Source: Methanomassiliicoccaceae archaeon (GTDB lineage: Archaea > Thermoplasmatota > Thermoplasmata > Methanomassiliicoccales > Methanomassiliicoccaceae). From it: a DNA stretch of 64,000 nucleotides. A program made the position numbers and the translations under genes. Shown here one piece after another: positions 37,165-47,223 of this stretch. Under the pieces are notes generated by a model. The model searched no databases, was not told the DNA's origin, and saw nothing but the letters and a program-made list of their open reading frames with translations. Within the stretch, counting starts at the first letter, position 1. Every line of letters begins with the position of its first letter. The DNA lies in assembly GCA_040776945.1 (NCBI GenBank), contig JAXGZN010000001.1:928001-992000 (forward strand). The letters are read 5' to 3'.

Positions 37165-38568
37165 TCACATCGCCCGGGCGGCGTAGACCACGGTATCGGT
37201 CTCCTGGCCGCAGCCGAGGCACTTGCCCCGGAACTCTTCCTTGACGTACGGCGAGCCGAGTATCTTCAGCTCGGTGCGCTCCTCGATCTTGCGGCCGCAC
37301 CCCTGCTCTCCGCACCATCCAAAGCGAAGCCACTTCTCCGGGACCTCATCAAGGTCAAGGCTTTCCACCGTAACGACGCTCTCGTCCATGAACCTCTGGG
37401 CCTTGGCGCGCATGTCCTTGGCGATGAGATCAAGCATGGAGCGGACCTCGGCGGCAACCTCGGGGCGGGCGAAACCGCCTTTCCTTCCGTCGTCTCTGCG
37501 GGCGTACGCCACCATCCCCTTCTCGATGTCCCTGGCTCCCAGCTCGAGCCGCAGCGGCACGCCTTTCTGCTCCCATTTGAAGAACTTGGCCCCAGGACGC
37601 TCATCGCTCTCGTCCAGCATGACCCTGATGCCCGCCCTCTTAAGTTCGTCCCGGAGCTCGCGGGCCTTGGCCCCCACTTCCTCCACGTTCCCCTTGGCCA
37701 GGATGGGCACGATGACCACCTGGAAAGGTGCGATGGCCGGGGGGAGCACGAGGCCCCGGTCATCACCGTGTACGCCTACCACGGAGCCGAGGAGCCGCTC
37801 GGACATCCCGTATGTGGTCTGATGGACATACTTGGTGCTTCCGTCGACGTCCTCGTACTTGATATCGAACGGCCTGGAGAAGTTCTCCCGATAATGATGG
37901 ATCGAGCCGAGCTGCAGGCTGCGCCCTCTCATCATGGCGGTGTCTATGCCCACGGTATAGTACGCTCCGGGGAACTTGTCCCATTCGGTGCGGCGCAGGA
38001 GCATGTAAGGCAGGCACAGCTCCCGCATCAGGTTCTCCAGTATGACGAAGTCCTCCTCCACCTGGCGCTGGGCGTCGGCCTCGTCCACGTGGCAGGTGTG
38101 TGACTCGAAGAAGTGGATCTCCCGGACCCTGATGAACGCCCTGGTCTGCTTGGTCTCGTACCTGAAGGTGTTGACGATCTGGTATATCTTGAGCGGCAGG
38201 TCGCCGTGGGACCGCACCCATATGGAGAACATGGGATACATGGCCGTTTCGGACGTCGGGCGAAGGATCAAGGGGATGTCCAGCTCATTCAGCCCGGCAT
38301 GGGTGACCCAGTACACCTCTGCGTCGAAGCCCTTGATATGGTCCTTCTCCTTCTGGAACTCGGACTTCGGTATCAGCAGGGGGAAGGAGACCTCATCGTG
38401 ATTGGTTGCGTCCAGTTCCTGACGGATGAAGGCATCGATGTGCTGCATGACCTTCCAACCGTACGGCGGCCACACGTTCATTCCCTTGATCGGATAGCGC
38501 TTATCGGTGAGGCCGGCCTGCTCCACGAGGTCGTTGTACCACTCGCTGAAGTTCTCTTCCTTCTTCAT
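37165..38568 (-). CDS. proS: Proline--tRNA ligase (archaeal/eukaryal type)
   Basis: FSEWY, LRPTSET, FRYETK.TRAFIRVREI, YGMSER, GVPLR. Confidence 0.97.
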   Translation of the reverse strand: MKKEENFSEWYNDLVEQAGLTDKRYPIKGMNVWPPYGWKVMQHIDAFIRQELDATNHDEVSFPLLIPKSEFQKEKDHIKGFDAEVYWVTHAGLNELDIPLILRPTSETAMYPMFSIWVRSHGDLPLKIYQIVNTFRYETKQTRAFIRVREIHFFESHTCHVDEADAQRQVEEDFVILENLMRELCLPYMLLRRTEWDKFPGAYYTVGIDTAMMRGRSLQLGSIHHYRENFSRPFDIKYEDVDGSTKYVHQTTYGMSERLLGSVVGVHGDDRGLVLPPAIAPFQVVIVPILAKGNVEEVGAKARELRDELKRAGIRVMLDESDERPGAKFFKWEQKGVPLRLELGARDIEKGMVAYARRDDGRKGGFARPEVAAEVRSMLDLIAKDMRAKAQRFMDESVVTVESLDLDEVPEKWLRFGWCGEQGCGRKIEERTELKILGSPYVKEEFRGKCLGCGQETDTVVYAARAM

Positions 38569-38633
38569 CGCTCACACCTGAATAGGTCCACGGAATATTG
38601 TTCTAGTTAAATAAGGTTCGACGCGCCCGGAGA

Positions 38634-39500
38634 TCACCGCAAGGCCTTCGCGATCTGGGAGGCGACCGATATGACCGACACCTCGTTCTCGATCGTGTTG
38701 GTCGAGAACACCGCGTTGCAGCACTTCCTCAGGCGGTCGAGTGCTCCCTTGGCGAACAGCCCATGGGTGCATACGGCGGTGACGCTCTTGGCCCCCAATA
38801 TCTTCAGCTGGTTGGCAGCCGCCTCGATGGTCCCTCCAGTCGATATGATGTCGTCCACGATCAGAGCGTTCTTGTCCTTGGCGTCCATGTTCTTGGGGGC
38901 CATGCGGACGACCTCCCCGGACAGCCTGGTCTTCTCCAGGTGGTCGAACTCCGCCCCGATCACCCGAGCCACCTCTCCTGCCCGCTGCAGTGCCCCCTTG
39001 TCCGGAGCGAGCACGAGATCGATCCCGTGCCCGTTGAAGAACTGCCCTATGCATGGGGCCCCATGCACGTCGTACGCATCCCCTGAGAACCATTCGAGCA
39101 CCTTGGGCTTGTGGATATCCACGCTGACCAACCGCTTGGAGGAGCTGTTAAGGACGCGCATCATGACCTTGGCGCTCAGCGCCTCGCCCTTCTTGAACCG
39201 CTCGTCCTGCCTGGCGTAACCGAAGTAGGGGACCACAGTGGTGACCTTTCTAGCTCCCAGCCCAACGGCCGCGTCCTGGAGCAGCAGAAGCTCGACCAAA
39301 CTGCTGTCGGGATGAGAGTTCTGGACCACGACCACCTCATCATCGATTTCCTCCGACTCGATGCGCACATAGCATTCCCCGTCGGGAAAGCGGGAGGTGG
39401 TAGCCTGGACGTGCTTGCACCCCATTTCATTGGCCAGGTCCTGGGCCAGAGCTCTGGATGAGGAGCCTCCGACGATCATCATCGCCAAGGGCATCGTCAT
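38634..39500 (-). CDS. prs: Ribose-phosphate pyrophosphokinase
   Basis: FPDGE, PYFGYARQD, VDIH, APDKGA, VDDIISTGGT. Confidence 0.95.
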   Translation of the reverse strand: MTMPLAMMIVGGSSSRALAQDLANEMGCKHVQATTSRFPDGECYVRIESEEIDDEVVVVQNSHPDSSLVELLLLQDAAVGLGARKVTTVVPYFGYARQDERFKKGEALSAKVMMRVLNSSSKRLVSVDIHKPKVLEWFSGDAYDVHGAPCIGQFFNGHGIDLVLAPDKGALQRAGEVARVIGAEFDHLEKTRLSGEVVRMAPKNMDAKDKNALIVDDIISTGGTIEAAANQLKILGAKSVTAVCTHGLFAKGALDRLRKCCNAVFSTNTIENEVSVISVASQIAKALR

Positions 39501-39662
39501 GGCTCATTTAAACCCTACTGAATTGGCAACAGGAAATGACGCTGGACATCATCTCGAGCGGTGCCTCGCCCCGAGTCCAAGGCCCGGCCATCACGCAATC
39601 GTTATGCCAGCAAGCCGCCGCATGAAAACCTATTTATTCGCTCTTCCTGATACTCAAGCGGG

Positions 39663-41288
39663 ATGCACATGGATTCTGAGGCGGAAGCACCGCCCGTTGA
39701 GGATGTTCAGCGCAGCGATGCGTCCATCGAGGCTCCATCGACGGAGCCTCCGATGCAGGCCCCTGAGGCACCTTTGCCGGTCAGCGAGACCCCGGCCGGA
39801 TCGATCAGGAAGGCCCCCAAGGCCGAGGCCGAGGGAGCGGTTGGGATCATCTACGGTGACGTGGGCACATCAGCGTTCAATCTCAGCGTCATAGCGAACC
39901 TGGAGAAGATGGAGTATGTCATGGCCGAGCACGACACCGCGGGGTGGGTACTCGGCCAGGTCATGGACATGCAGCGTAAGACCGACCTCTCGCTCGACCG
40001 TGCGAAGATGATATCGCTCGGAGAGGACGTCATGATCCGAGAGCGGGTGACCGCGCTTATCAATGTCATCGGCTACCGTGACGAACGCGGCCTGCTGCAG
40101 GTGCCTCGGACTCCGTTCAAGGCCGGTCTGCCGGTCCTCAAGGCGACCGATGACCTCATCAAGAAGGTCATAGGGCTCAAGGAGAACACCCCCACCGGGG
40201 CGTACCTCGGTCTGCTCTTCGGCCACGACATCAGGGTGGAGATGGACATAAACTCCATGGTCCAGAAGCACGTGAGCATCCTGGCGAAGACCGGTGGCGG
40301 CAAGTCGTTCCTGTGCGGCGATCTGATCGAGGAGCTGATGAAGCATGACGTCACGGTTATGGTCCTGGACCCCCACGGCGAGTATGGAGCGATGAGGGAC
40401 GTCGGACACGTGGGCAAAGGCCATCGGGACTTCAAGGTGAGCGCGCGGGGATTCGAGGAACACATCCTTGAGTTCGCCACCGACACCGACGTGAACAAGA
40501 AGGCCAAGCCTCTGAGGTTCACGTTGGCGAACATAGAGGCGCACGACCTGCTCTCGCTGACCAGCATCAAGAACGGTAAGGCGTACCTTACCGCGCTGAG
40601 AAAGGCCATCGATGCCATCAAGAGTGTCAAGAAGGAGTATACCTTGAGGGACATCATCAGGGTCTTAGAGAGCGATGAGGAAGGCAACAACGCCGCCCTG
40701 GTGAACGAGCTGGTGTTCTTGGAGGACTGCAAGATCTTCGCCCCGTCGGGCACCCGCATCGACGAGCTCGTGGTGAAGGGAAAGATGACCATAATCAACC
40801 TCAAGGGCACCGAGCCGGAGATCGCCGAACTGATAGTGAACCGAATTTGCACCGCGCTGTTCGAGCTGCGAAAGCTCGGCAAGGTGCCGCCAATGATGCT
40901 TGTTGTGGAAGAGGCGCACAATTACTGTCCGCAGCAGGGGCTTGCGGCCTCGTCCAAGATCTTCCGCACAATCGCAGCTGAGGGCCGCAAGTTCGGCCTC
41001 GGCCTAACCATTATCAGCCAGCGTGCGGCCAAGATCGACAAGAACGTCCTCAGCCAGTGCAACACCCAGATGATACTGAAGGTAACCAATCCCAACGACC
41101 TCAAGGCCATAACCGCCTCGGTGGAAGGCCTGACTGCAGGGATGGCCGATGAGATCCAACGGCTGCCCATCGGGGTCGCGCTGGTCGTCGGCGGGAACAT
41201 CCAGATGCCGCTGTTCGTCGAGGTGCGGCCAAGGCAGAGCCGCCATGGCGGTGAGAGCGTGGAGATCATACCGACCAGGGACGACTGA
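39663..41288 (+). CDS. HerA/DUF87-family ATPase with HAS-barrel N-terminus
   Basis: HVSILAKTGGGKS, LDPHGEY, VEEAHNY, EGRKFG, SQR, LSQCNT; acidic Pro-rich extension of about 55 aa. Confidence 0.9.
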   Translation: MHMDSEAEAPPVEDVQRSDASIEAPSTEPPMQAPEAPLPVSETPAGSIRKAPKAEAEGAVGIIYGDVGTSAFNLSVIANLEKMEYVMAEHDTAGWVLGQVMDMQRKTDLSLDRAKMISLGEDVMIRERVTALINVIGYRDERGLLQVPRTPFKAGLPVLKATDDLIKKVIGLKENTPTGAYLGLLFGHDIRVEMDINSMVQKHVSILAKTGGGKSFLCGDLIEELMKHDVTVMVLDPHGEYGAMRDVGHVGKGHRDFKVSARGFEEHILEFATDTDVNKKAKPLRFTLANIEAHDLLSLTSIKNGKAYLTALRKAIDAIKSVKKEYTLRDIIRVLESDEEGNNAALVNELVFLEDCKIFAPSGTRIDELVVKGKMTIINLKGTEPEIAELIVNRICTALFELRKLGKVPPMMLVVEEAHNYCPQQGLAASSKIFRTIAAEGRKFGLGLTIISQRAAKIDKNVLSQCNTQMILKVTNPNDLKAITASVEGLTAGMADEIQRLPIGVALVVGGNIQMPLFVEVRPRQSRHGGESVEIIPTRDD

Positions 41289-41289
41289 C

Positions 41290-41583
41290 ATGCGGGACAC
41301 GATCTCGAGCGAGAAGATCGACAAATATCTAGATACTACCAAGCGCGCCCTGGACAAGCTGAAGATCGCCGCCCCCCCGCGCTCCTTCGGTCTCCGGATG
41401 GCCCAGGACTTCCTCAGCATGGCCACGTCATACTACAACGACGCGCTCCACTTCCGTTCCATCGGCGATTATGTCAATTCCTTCGCCAGCGTCAACTATG
41501 CCCACGGGTGGCTGGACTGTGGGGCCCGCATCGGCCTCTTCGATGTGGGCGAGGACGACAGGCTGTTCACATTGTACGAGTGA
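41290..41583 (+). CDS. DUF357 domain protein
   Basis: FLSMATSYYNDA, GDYVNSFASVNYAHGWLD.GARIG. Confidence 0.85.
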   Translation: MRDTISSEKIDKYLDTTKRALDKLKIAAPPRSFGLRMAQDFLSMATSYYNDALHFRSIGDYVNSFASVNYAHGWLDCGARIGLFDVGEDDRLFTLYE

Positions 41584-42453
41584 TCATTCCTGGCGGGCCA
41601 GGACCCTAGGTCCAATGAGGTCGAGCGATAGACGGAAGGTCGGCCCCAGATGGGCCCACCGTTCCTGGATCGCGTCCAGGTCCCCAGCTGCGAACACCGA
41701 GTTCCCGAGCATTATCATCGAGGCCATGCCCAGGCCGTCCGCCGCCCGCAGGGCCTCCCTGACCCGTTCTCCCGCGATTCCGCATCGTTCGGTGAACTCG
41801 CGGCTGAGCGTGAAGAACGAAACCGCGGTCGGATCGAGGTCCAACTTCCGCAGGCACTCTGTCCCCGCCTCCACGATCTCCGCGCGCTTCCTGGGATCAT
41901 GAAGGACGTCCGCGGTCCTAAGTTCCCCGCCGACCACCGCGGCCACGATGTCCCCGCTGTACTCCAAGCGGTCGATCTGGCCGTGTGGCGGGAGCCCTTG
42001 GCGGCGGCGGAAGGTCATCCCTCCGCGGGAGAGAGCGGCGACGTCTCCCAGGCCAGTATGGTGCCTTAGCTCCGCAAGGTGCGCGGCGGCGAAGGCATCC
42101 TCCGCGGGAAGGCCGAGGATGTCGGCCAGAGCGAAGGAGGCGGACAACGCTCCAGCGGCGCTCGTTCCGAAGCCCGCGATGGCGGGGAGATCTAGGAACG
42201 ATTCCACGGTGATATCGATGTCCATGTTCCCGAGGAGGAGCCCCACCGCGGTAGCGGTGACGCCGCCACCGCCTCTCACCCCATCGACCAGGACATCGAT
42301 CCTGCCGCTCCCCGGCCTGGAGGAGACCGTGGTGGTGACCCCCCGGTCGATGCATATGCCCGCTCCGCGGGAGCCGGTGAGCATGGGATTCTCATGCTCG
42401 CACGGCAGGAAGAAACCAGTGATGTGCCCGGGGCAAAAGGCCGTGACCCTCAT
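41584..42453 (-). CDS. Pantoate kinase (GHMP)
   Basis: AFCPGHITGFF, GSRGAG, GFGTSAAGAL, AHLAE, TGLGDV, MLGNSVF; coupled to coaBC. Confidence 0.88.
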   Translation of the reverse strand: MRVTAFCPGHITGFFLPCEHENPMLTGSRGAGICIDRGVTTTVSSRPGSGRIDVLVDGVRGGGGVTATAVGLLLGNMDIDITVESFLDLPAIAGFGTSAAGALSASFALADILGLPAEDAFAAAHLAELRHHTGLGDVAALSRGGMTFRRRQGLPPHGQIDRLEYSGDIVAAVVGGELRTADVLHDPRKRAEIVEAGTECLRKLDLDPTAVSFFTLSREFTERCGIAGERVREALRAADGLGMASMIMLGNSVFAAGDLDAIQERWAHLGPTFRLSLDLIGPRVLARQE

Positions 42454-43646
42454 CTTAAGACCTTGACCACCGCATCCAGGACCCGCTCGGCAAGGACGCT
42501 CTTGGACCCATCCACGTCCAGTTCGCCGTCAGGGGTGATGATCAGGGCCTTGGTTCTGCCCGCCCCGACGTCGCGGAGATCGTTGGCCACGATGATGTCC
42601 AGTCCATGCTCGCTCAGCCTGGACCGTGCTCTCCTCACCAGCTCGGCCCTAGGCACTCCCACCTCCGCCTTATATCCCACCAGGACCTTGGTCCGGGAGC
42701 GGAGCGCCGGCAGGACCTTGGGCAGCGGGCACAGAACGAGCCTTATGTCCTTATTGCCAGACGAGACCTTGCCTTTCTTGGCCTTGGGAGCAAAGTCGGA
42801 CAACGACGCAGGAACGATGACCGCATCATGGTCCACGGAGCCCAGCATGTCCATGAGATCGCCCACCGTACGGAAACCTCGCCTCCGCAGCGTCGTCGGC
42901 ACCGGATAGCTCATCCGCCCGGTCCACAGCTCGACATCGGCGCCTCGCCTGGACGCCGCGACAGCAAGGAGCACCGCGCTTTCCCCCGTGCCGGCATTGG
43001 ACACCACCCGCACCTCATCGATAGGCTCCTCCGTGGAGCCGCCTATGACGAGGACCCTGAGGCCCACGAGGTCATGGGGGCCGAGAGCGGTCAGCACGCG
43101 CTCCACGATCTCCTCGTTGGTGGCCACGCGCGCCTTCTTATCCTTGAACACCGGGCCGATGAACCTCACGCCCATCGTTTCCAGTCTTGCCACGTTCTCC
43201 TTGACCGCCGGGTTCTCGTACATCGACAGGTGCATGGCCGGCGCGACCAGGACCGGGACCCGGGAGCCGATGGCAACGGTGGCCATGGTCGTTACTGGGG
43301 TATCATCGATCCCCAGGGCCATCTTGGATATGGTGTTCGCGGTGCACGGCGCCACCAACAGCAGGTCCGCCTTATCGGGATAATCGCCGAAGAGGGCCAC
43401 GTGCTCGACCGCGCCGGTGAGCTCAGTGATGACCTTGCGGCCGCTGGCGAACTCCATCGCCGCCGGGGTAACCAGCCTAACGGCCTCTGGGCTCATGACC
43501 ACGGTTACCTCGGCCCCATGGCGCATAAGCTCCCTGACCAGTTCGAACGACTCGACCGCCGCGATGCTTCCAGTTATTCCGAGCACGACGCGCTTCCCCT
43601 CGAGCTCGATCCCTTTGGCGCACCGGATGGCCTCCGAAGGATGCAT
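42450..43646 (-). CDS. coaBC: Phosphopantothenoylcysteine decarboxylase/ligase
   Basis: MHPS, GITGSIAA, APCTANTISK, APAMH, EPIDEVR, GYKAE, VANDL. Confidence 0.93.
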   Translation of the reverse strand: MHPSEAIRCAKGIELEGKRVVLGITGSIAAVESFELVRELMRHGAEVTVVMSPEAVRLVTPAAMEFASGRKVITELTGAVEHVALFGDYPDKADLLLVAPCTANTISKMALGIDDTPVTTMATVAIGSRVPVLVAPAMHLSMYENPAVKENVARLETMGVRFIGPVFKDKKARVATNEEIVERVLTALGPHDLVGLRVLVIGGSTEEPIDEVRVVSNAGTGESAVLLAVAASRRGADVELWTGRMSYPVPTTLRRRGFRTVGDLMDMLGSVDHDAVIVPASLSDFAPKAKKGKVSSGNKDIRLVLCPLPKVLPALRSRTKVLVGYKAEVGVPRAELVRRARSRLSEHGLDIIVANDLRDVGAGRTKALIITPDGELDVDGSKSVLAERVLDAVVKVLR

Positions 43647-43697
43647 GGCAGCACAACCCCTGCTTGACGATTTAACCTTTACGAGCAGTGACGAGGG

Positions 43698-44378
43698 TCA
43701 GTATTTCCCGATCTGCTCCCAGACCTGTTCCAGGACCTCCTCCTGGGAGGCCATAGCATCGACCACCAGATAGGTAGGGTCCTCGGCCGCCAGGCGGGCG
43801 TAGACCATCGCGACCTTGCGCAGGAACTCCACATGCTCGAACTTCTCCCTCTCTCTGCGGCCGGCGATCCTCTCCACCGCGACCTCCGGCTCGATCTTCA
43901 GGAGGACGGTGACGTCGGGACGGACGATTATGGGGTCGTTGACCGTCCTCAGCCACTCCAGCGCCCGGCCCCCGAGGTATGGTCGCAGGGTCACGCTCTG
44001 ATATGCCAGAGTGCTCCCGACATACCGGTCGCAGACCACCGACCTCCCGGCCTTCAGCCATTCAGCGATCCGCACCGAATGCTCCGCACGGTCGGCGACG
44101 TACAGGAACATCTCCGCGAACTCGCTCCTCGCCTCCCGGTTCCCTCGCCTGACCTGCTCCCCTAGCCAGGTCGGGGTCGGTTCAGCCGTCCTAACCACGC
44201 TCTTACCGTCCGATTCCAGGCGGTCGGCGAAGGCCTGGGATATCGTGCTCTTGCCGGAGCCGTCGATGCCCTCGAAGGCGAAGAACCTCCCGCTGAGGGC
44301 ATCCTCCGCAAGCGATGAGGAAAGCGCCAGGTCGCGCAGCATTATGCTCCCTCTGCTCTCGTCCATGGACCGCCTCAC
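43698..44378 (-). CDS. tmk: Thymidylate kinase
   Basis: FEGIDGSGKST, AEP, ADRAEH, CDRY..STLAYQ; exact start uncertain. Confidence 0.93.
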   Translation of the reverse strand: MRRSMDESRGSIMLRDLALSSSLAEDALSGRFFAFEGIDGSGKSTISQAFADRLESDGKSVVRTAEPTPTWLGEQVRRGNREARSEFAEMFLYVADRAEHSVRIAEWLKAGRSVVCDRYVGSTLAYQSVTLRPYLGGRALEWLRTVNDPIIVRPDVTVLLKIEPEVAVERIAGRREREKFEHVEFLRKVAMVYARLAAEDPTYLVVDAMASQEEVLEQVWEQIGKY

Positions 44379-45904
44379 TTATGGTCCAATATAAGGGCGC
44401 AGGATTCGCACTTCCGTCCTGAAGCGCTCGCCCTCAGGCCTTCTAGGTTCCCGGCGAGCTTCCTTTTCAGACCAAGGTGGCTTAGCACCAGCTCCTTTGC
44501 CGCATAGACCTCGTCAATGCGTCGGACCGAGGTATTGTGCGGCGCGTCGTTCACCGTCCGGGGGTCCTCCCTCGCAATGTTCAGCATGACCTCCGCGAAC
44601 CTGTCCAACGATTCTCTGCTCTCGCTCTCCGTCGGCTCGATCATCAGCGCCTCGTCGACCAGCGAGGGGAAGTACACCGTGGGCGCCATCATCCCGTGGT
44701 CGAGCAGCCGTTTGGCGACGTCGAGCGCCCTGATGCCCTTCTCGTCCTTGAGCTTCTTGGCCGACAGCACGAACTCGTGCTTCCGCAGCGTCTTGAACGG
44801 CATATCATACGTTGGGACAAGGCGGCTTCTCAGGTAGTTGGAGTTGAGAACGGCTCCGTCGGTGGCGGAGCGCAAGCCGTCCCCTCCCTGCCTCAGGATG
44901 TACGCGTACGCCCGTACCAGCACCGCGAAGTTGCCGTAGAACGAGCGGACCTTGCCGATGCTACGAGGTCTGTCCCAATCAAAGGAATAACGCCCATCAT
45001 CATGTATGACCCGGGGAACCGGCAGGAACGGCCCCAGCTTATCCGTCACCCCGACAGGCCCGGCGCCTGGACCGCCGCCGCCGTGCGGCGTGGCAAAGGT
45101 CTTATGCAGGTTGAAGTGCACGATGTCGAAGCCCATGGCCCCCGGGCTGGTGCGCCCCATGATGGCGTTGAGGTTCGCGCCGTCATAGTACATGAGGCCT
45201 CCTACCGCGTGGACCATGGAGACCATCTCAACGATATCCTCCTCGAATATTCCCAGGGTGTTGGGGTTGGTGACCATGAACGCCGCGGTGTCAGATGACA
45301 CCGCCGCCCTCAAGGCATCAATGTCCACACAACCGCTGGACGATGTCGGGACCACGACCACGTCATAGCCGGCCATGGCCGCCGAGGCAGGGTTGGTACC
45401 ATGGGCGCTGTCCGGAACGATGACCTCCCCGCGCCTCTCGCCGTTGGCTTCGTGATAGGCGCGGGCGATGAGCATGCCAGTGAACTCACCCTGAGCTCCC
45501 GCGGCAGGCTGCAGGCTGACCGCGTCCATTCCGGATATCGCGCACAGCGACCTCTCCAGCTCGTACAGGAGGCGCAGCGAGCCTTGGACGCCCTCCTCGT
45601 CCTCGAACGGATGCACATCGCTCACCGTAGGCATCGATGCCAGAACGTCCGCGTACTTGGGATTGTACTTCATCGTGCAGCTCCCAAGGGGATAGAGCCC
45701 GTTGTCCACCCCGAAGTTCATCTGCGACAGGTTGGTGTAGTGCCGGACGACCTCGTTCTCCTGCAGGTCGGGAATGTTCAGCTCGGTCCTCAGCAGGTTC
45801 TTCGGGACCTCCACCTCCCGCCGCAGGGGCGGCAGCTTAAGATCGTTCTTCCCCCTCATCTCCTGTATCAGCTTGACATCGTATCTTGCCTGCCGGTAGG
45901 TCAT
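44375..45904 (-). CDS. gcvPB: Glycine dehydrogenase (decarboxylating) subunit 2
   Basis: YPLGSCTMKYNPK, SAHGTNPAS, NLHKTFATPHGGGGPG, MIEPTESES. Confidence 0.95.
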   Translation of the reverse strand: MTYRQARYDVKLIQEMRGKNDLKLPPLRREVEVPKNLLRTELNIPDLQENEVVRHYTNLSQMNFGVDNGLYPLGSCTMKYNPKYADVLASMPTVSDVHPFEDEEGVQGSLRLLYELERSLCAISGMDAVSLQPAAGAQGEFTGMLIARAYHEANGERRGEVIVPDSAHGTNPASAAMAGYDVVVVPTSSSGCVDIDALRAAVSSDTAAFMVTNPNTLGIFEEDIVEMVSMVHAVGGLMYYDGANLNAIMGRTSPGAMGFDIVHFNLHKTFATPHGGGGPGAGPVGVTDKLGPFLPVPRVIHDDGRYSFDWDRPRSIGKVRSFYGNFAVLVRAYAYILRQGGDGLRSATDGAVLNSNYLRSRLVPTYDMPFKTLRKHEFVLSAKKLKDEKGIRALDVAKRLLDHGMMAPTVYFPSLVDEALMIEPTESESRESLDRFAEVMLNIAREDPRTVNDAPHNTSVRRIDEVYAAKELVLSHLGLKRKLAGNLEGLRASASGRKCESCALILDHK

Positions 45905-47223
45905 ATCACTCCCTCCAGCGCGCTCACGAGCTTGCCTATGTCCTCGTCCGTGGTCATCTCGGTGGCCGCGAACAGCATGCAATCGCCCATGCTCGGCACG
46001 TGCCTTGCCAACGGCAGGCCGCCGATCACCCCTTTGCGCATAAGGACGCGGGAGACCTTCTCCGGCCTTATCGGCGTACGCACGGCGAACTCGTTGAAGT
46101 GGTGCGATCTCAGGGCGGGGCACTCGAAGCCCTTGATCTGGCACAATGCGTCCATGGTCGCTTGGGCCCGCTCCATGCTGAGCTTGGCGATGGCCCTGAG
46201 CCCAGTGCGGCCGACGACGCCGAGATATGCCGCGGCGGCAACTGCCGCCAGGGCCTCGTTCGTGCAGATATTGGACGTCGCCTTCTCACGCCGGATGTGC
46301 TGTTCCCTGGTCTGGAGGGTCATGGCGAATGCGCGGCGGCCCTCGAGATCCTTGGTCATCCCGATGATCCTGCCAGGCATCTTTCGCACATGCTCTTGCC
46401 GGCATCCGAAAAGGCCCAGAAGGGGACCGCCAAAGTTCATGGGAGAGCCGAGCGATTGCCCCTCGCCGATGACAATGTCCGCTCCATAGTCGCCGGGAGC
46501 CTTCAGCACGCCCAGAGAAATGGGGTCGGCACCCACGACCAGCAGGGCATCGGGGAACCGCTTCTTGATCTCGGTCGCGTTGCGGTCGATCACCCCTAGG
46601 AAGTTGGGGACCTCTAAATAGATCCCGGACACATCATCATCCGCCTTGGAGGCCAGGTCATCGAGGTCCAGCTCACCGGTCAGCGGATCGAAGCCATACT
46701 CGATGACCTGCATCCCGGCCCCTTTGGTGTAATTATGCAGCACGCCCCTCTTGCCGGCGCTGAGCGCCTCGGGCACCAGAAACCTCTCCTTCTCGTTGAT
46801 GCGGCCGCACATGTTGGCCGCCTCCCCCAGCGCGGTGGAGGCGTCGTAGTTCGAGGAGTTCACCGCCTCCATCCCCGTGAGCTCGGCTATGAAGCTCTGA
46901 TACTCGAAAAGAGCCTGCAGCATGCCTTGGCTGATCTCTGCTTGGTATGGCGTATACGAGGTAAGCAGCTCTGAGCGGGAGATGATGGCGCCGACCGCGG
47001 CAGGGATGAAACGGCGGTAGACCCCTCCGCCGAGGAAACAGGGATGGTCCTCGGCCGTAACATTTGCGCTCAACATCGAGCGGACGGTCCTCACGACCTC
47101 GATCTCGGACATCCCGTCCGGCAGCGGTATGCCGTCCACGCGGACCGAGGCCGGTATGTCGGAGAAGAGGTCGTCCACGCTCTGAATCCCAAGCTCCTTC
47201 AGCATCCTCTCGTCGGCTGCCAT
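45901..47223 (-). CDS. gcvPA: Glycine dehydrogenase (decarboxylating) subunit 1
   Basis: FLGGG, YTPYQAEISQG, NSSNYD, TREQHIRREKATSNICTN; start trimmed to MAADERML. Confidence 0.95.
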   Translation of the reverse strand: MAADERMLKELGIQSVDDLFSDIPASVRVDGIPLPDGMSEIEVVRTVRSMLSANVTAEDHPCFLGGGVYRRFIPAAVGAIISRSELLTSYTPYQAEISQGMLQALFEYQSFIAELTGMEAVNSSNYDASTALGEAANMCGRINEKERFLVPEALSAGKRGVLHNYTKGAGMQVIEYGFDPLTGELDLDDLASKADDDVSGIYLEVPNFLGVIDRNATEIKKRFPDALLVVGADPISLGVLKAPGDYGADIVIGEGQSLGSPMNFGGPLLGLFGCRQEHVRKMPGRIIGMTKDLEGRRAFAMTLQTREQHIRREKATSNICTNEALAAVAAAAYLGVVGRTGLRAIAKLSMERAQATMDALCQIKGFECPALRSHHFNEFAVRTPIRPEKVSRVLMRKGVIGGLPLARHVPSMGDCMLFAATEMTTDEDIGKLVSALEGVI

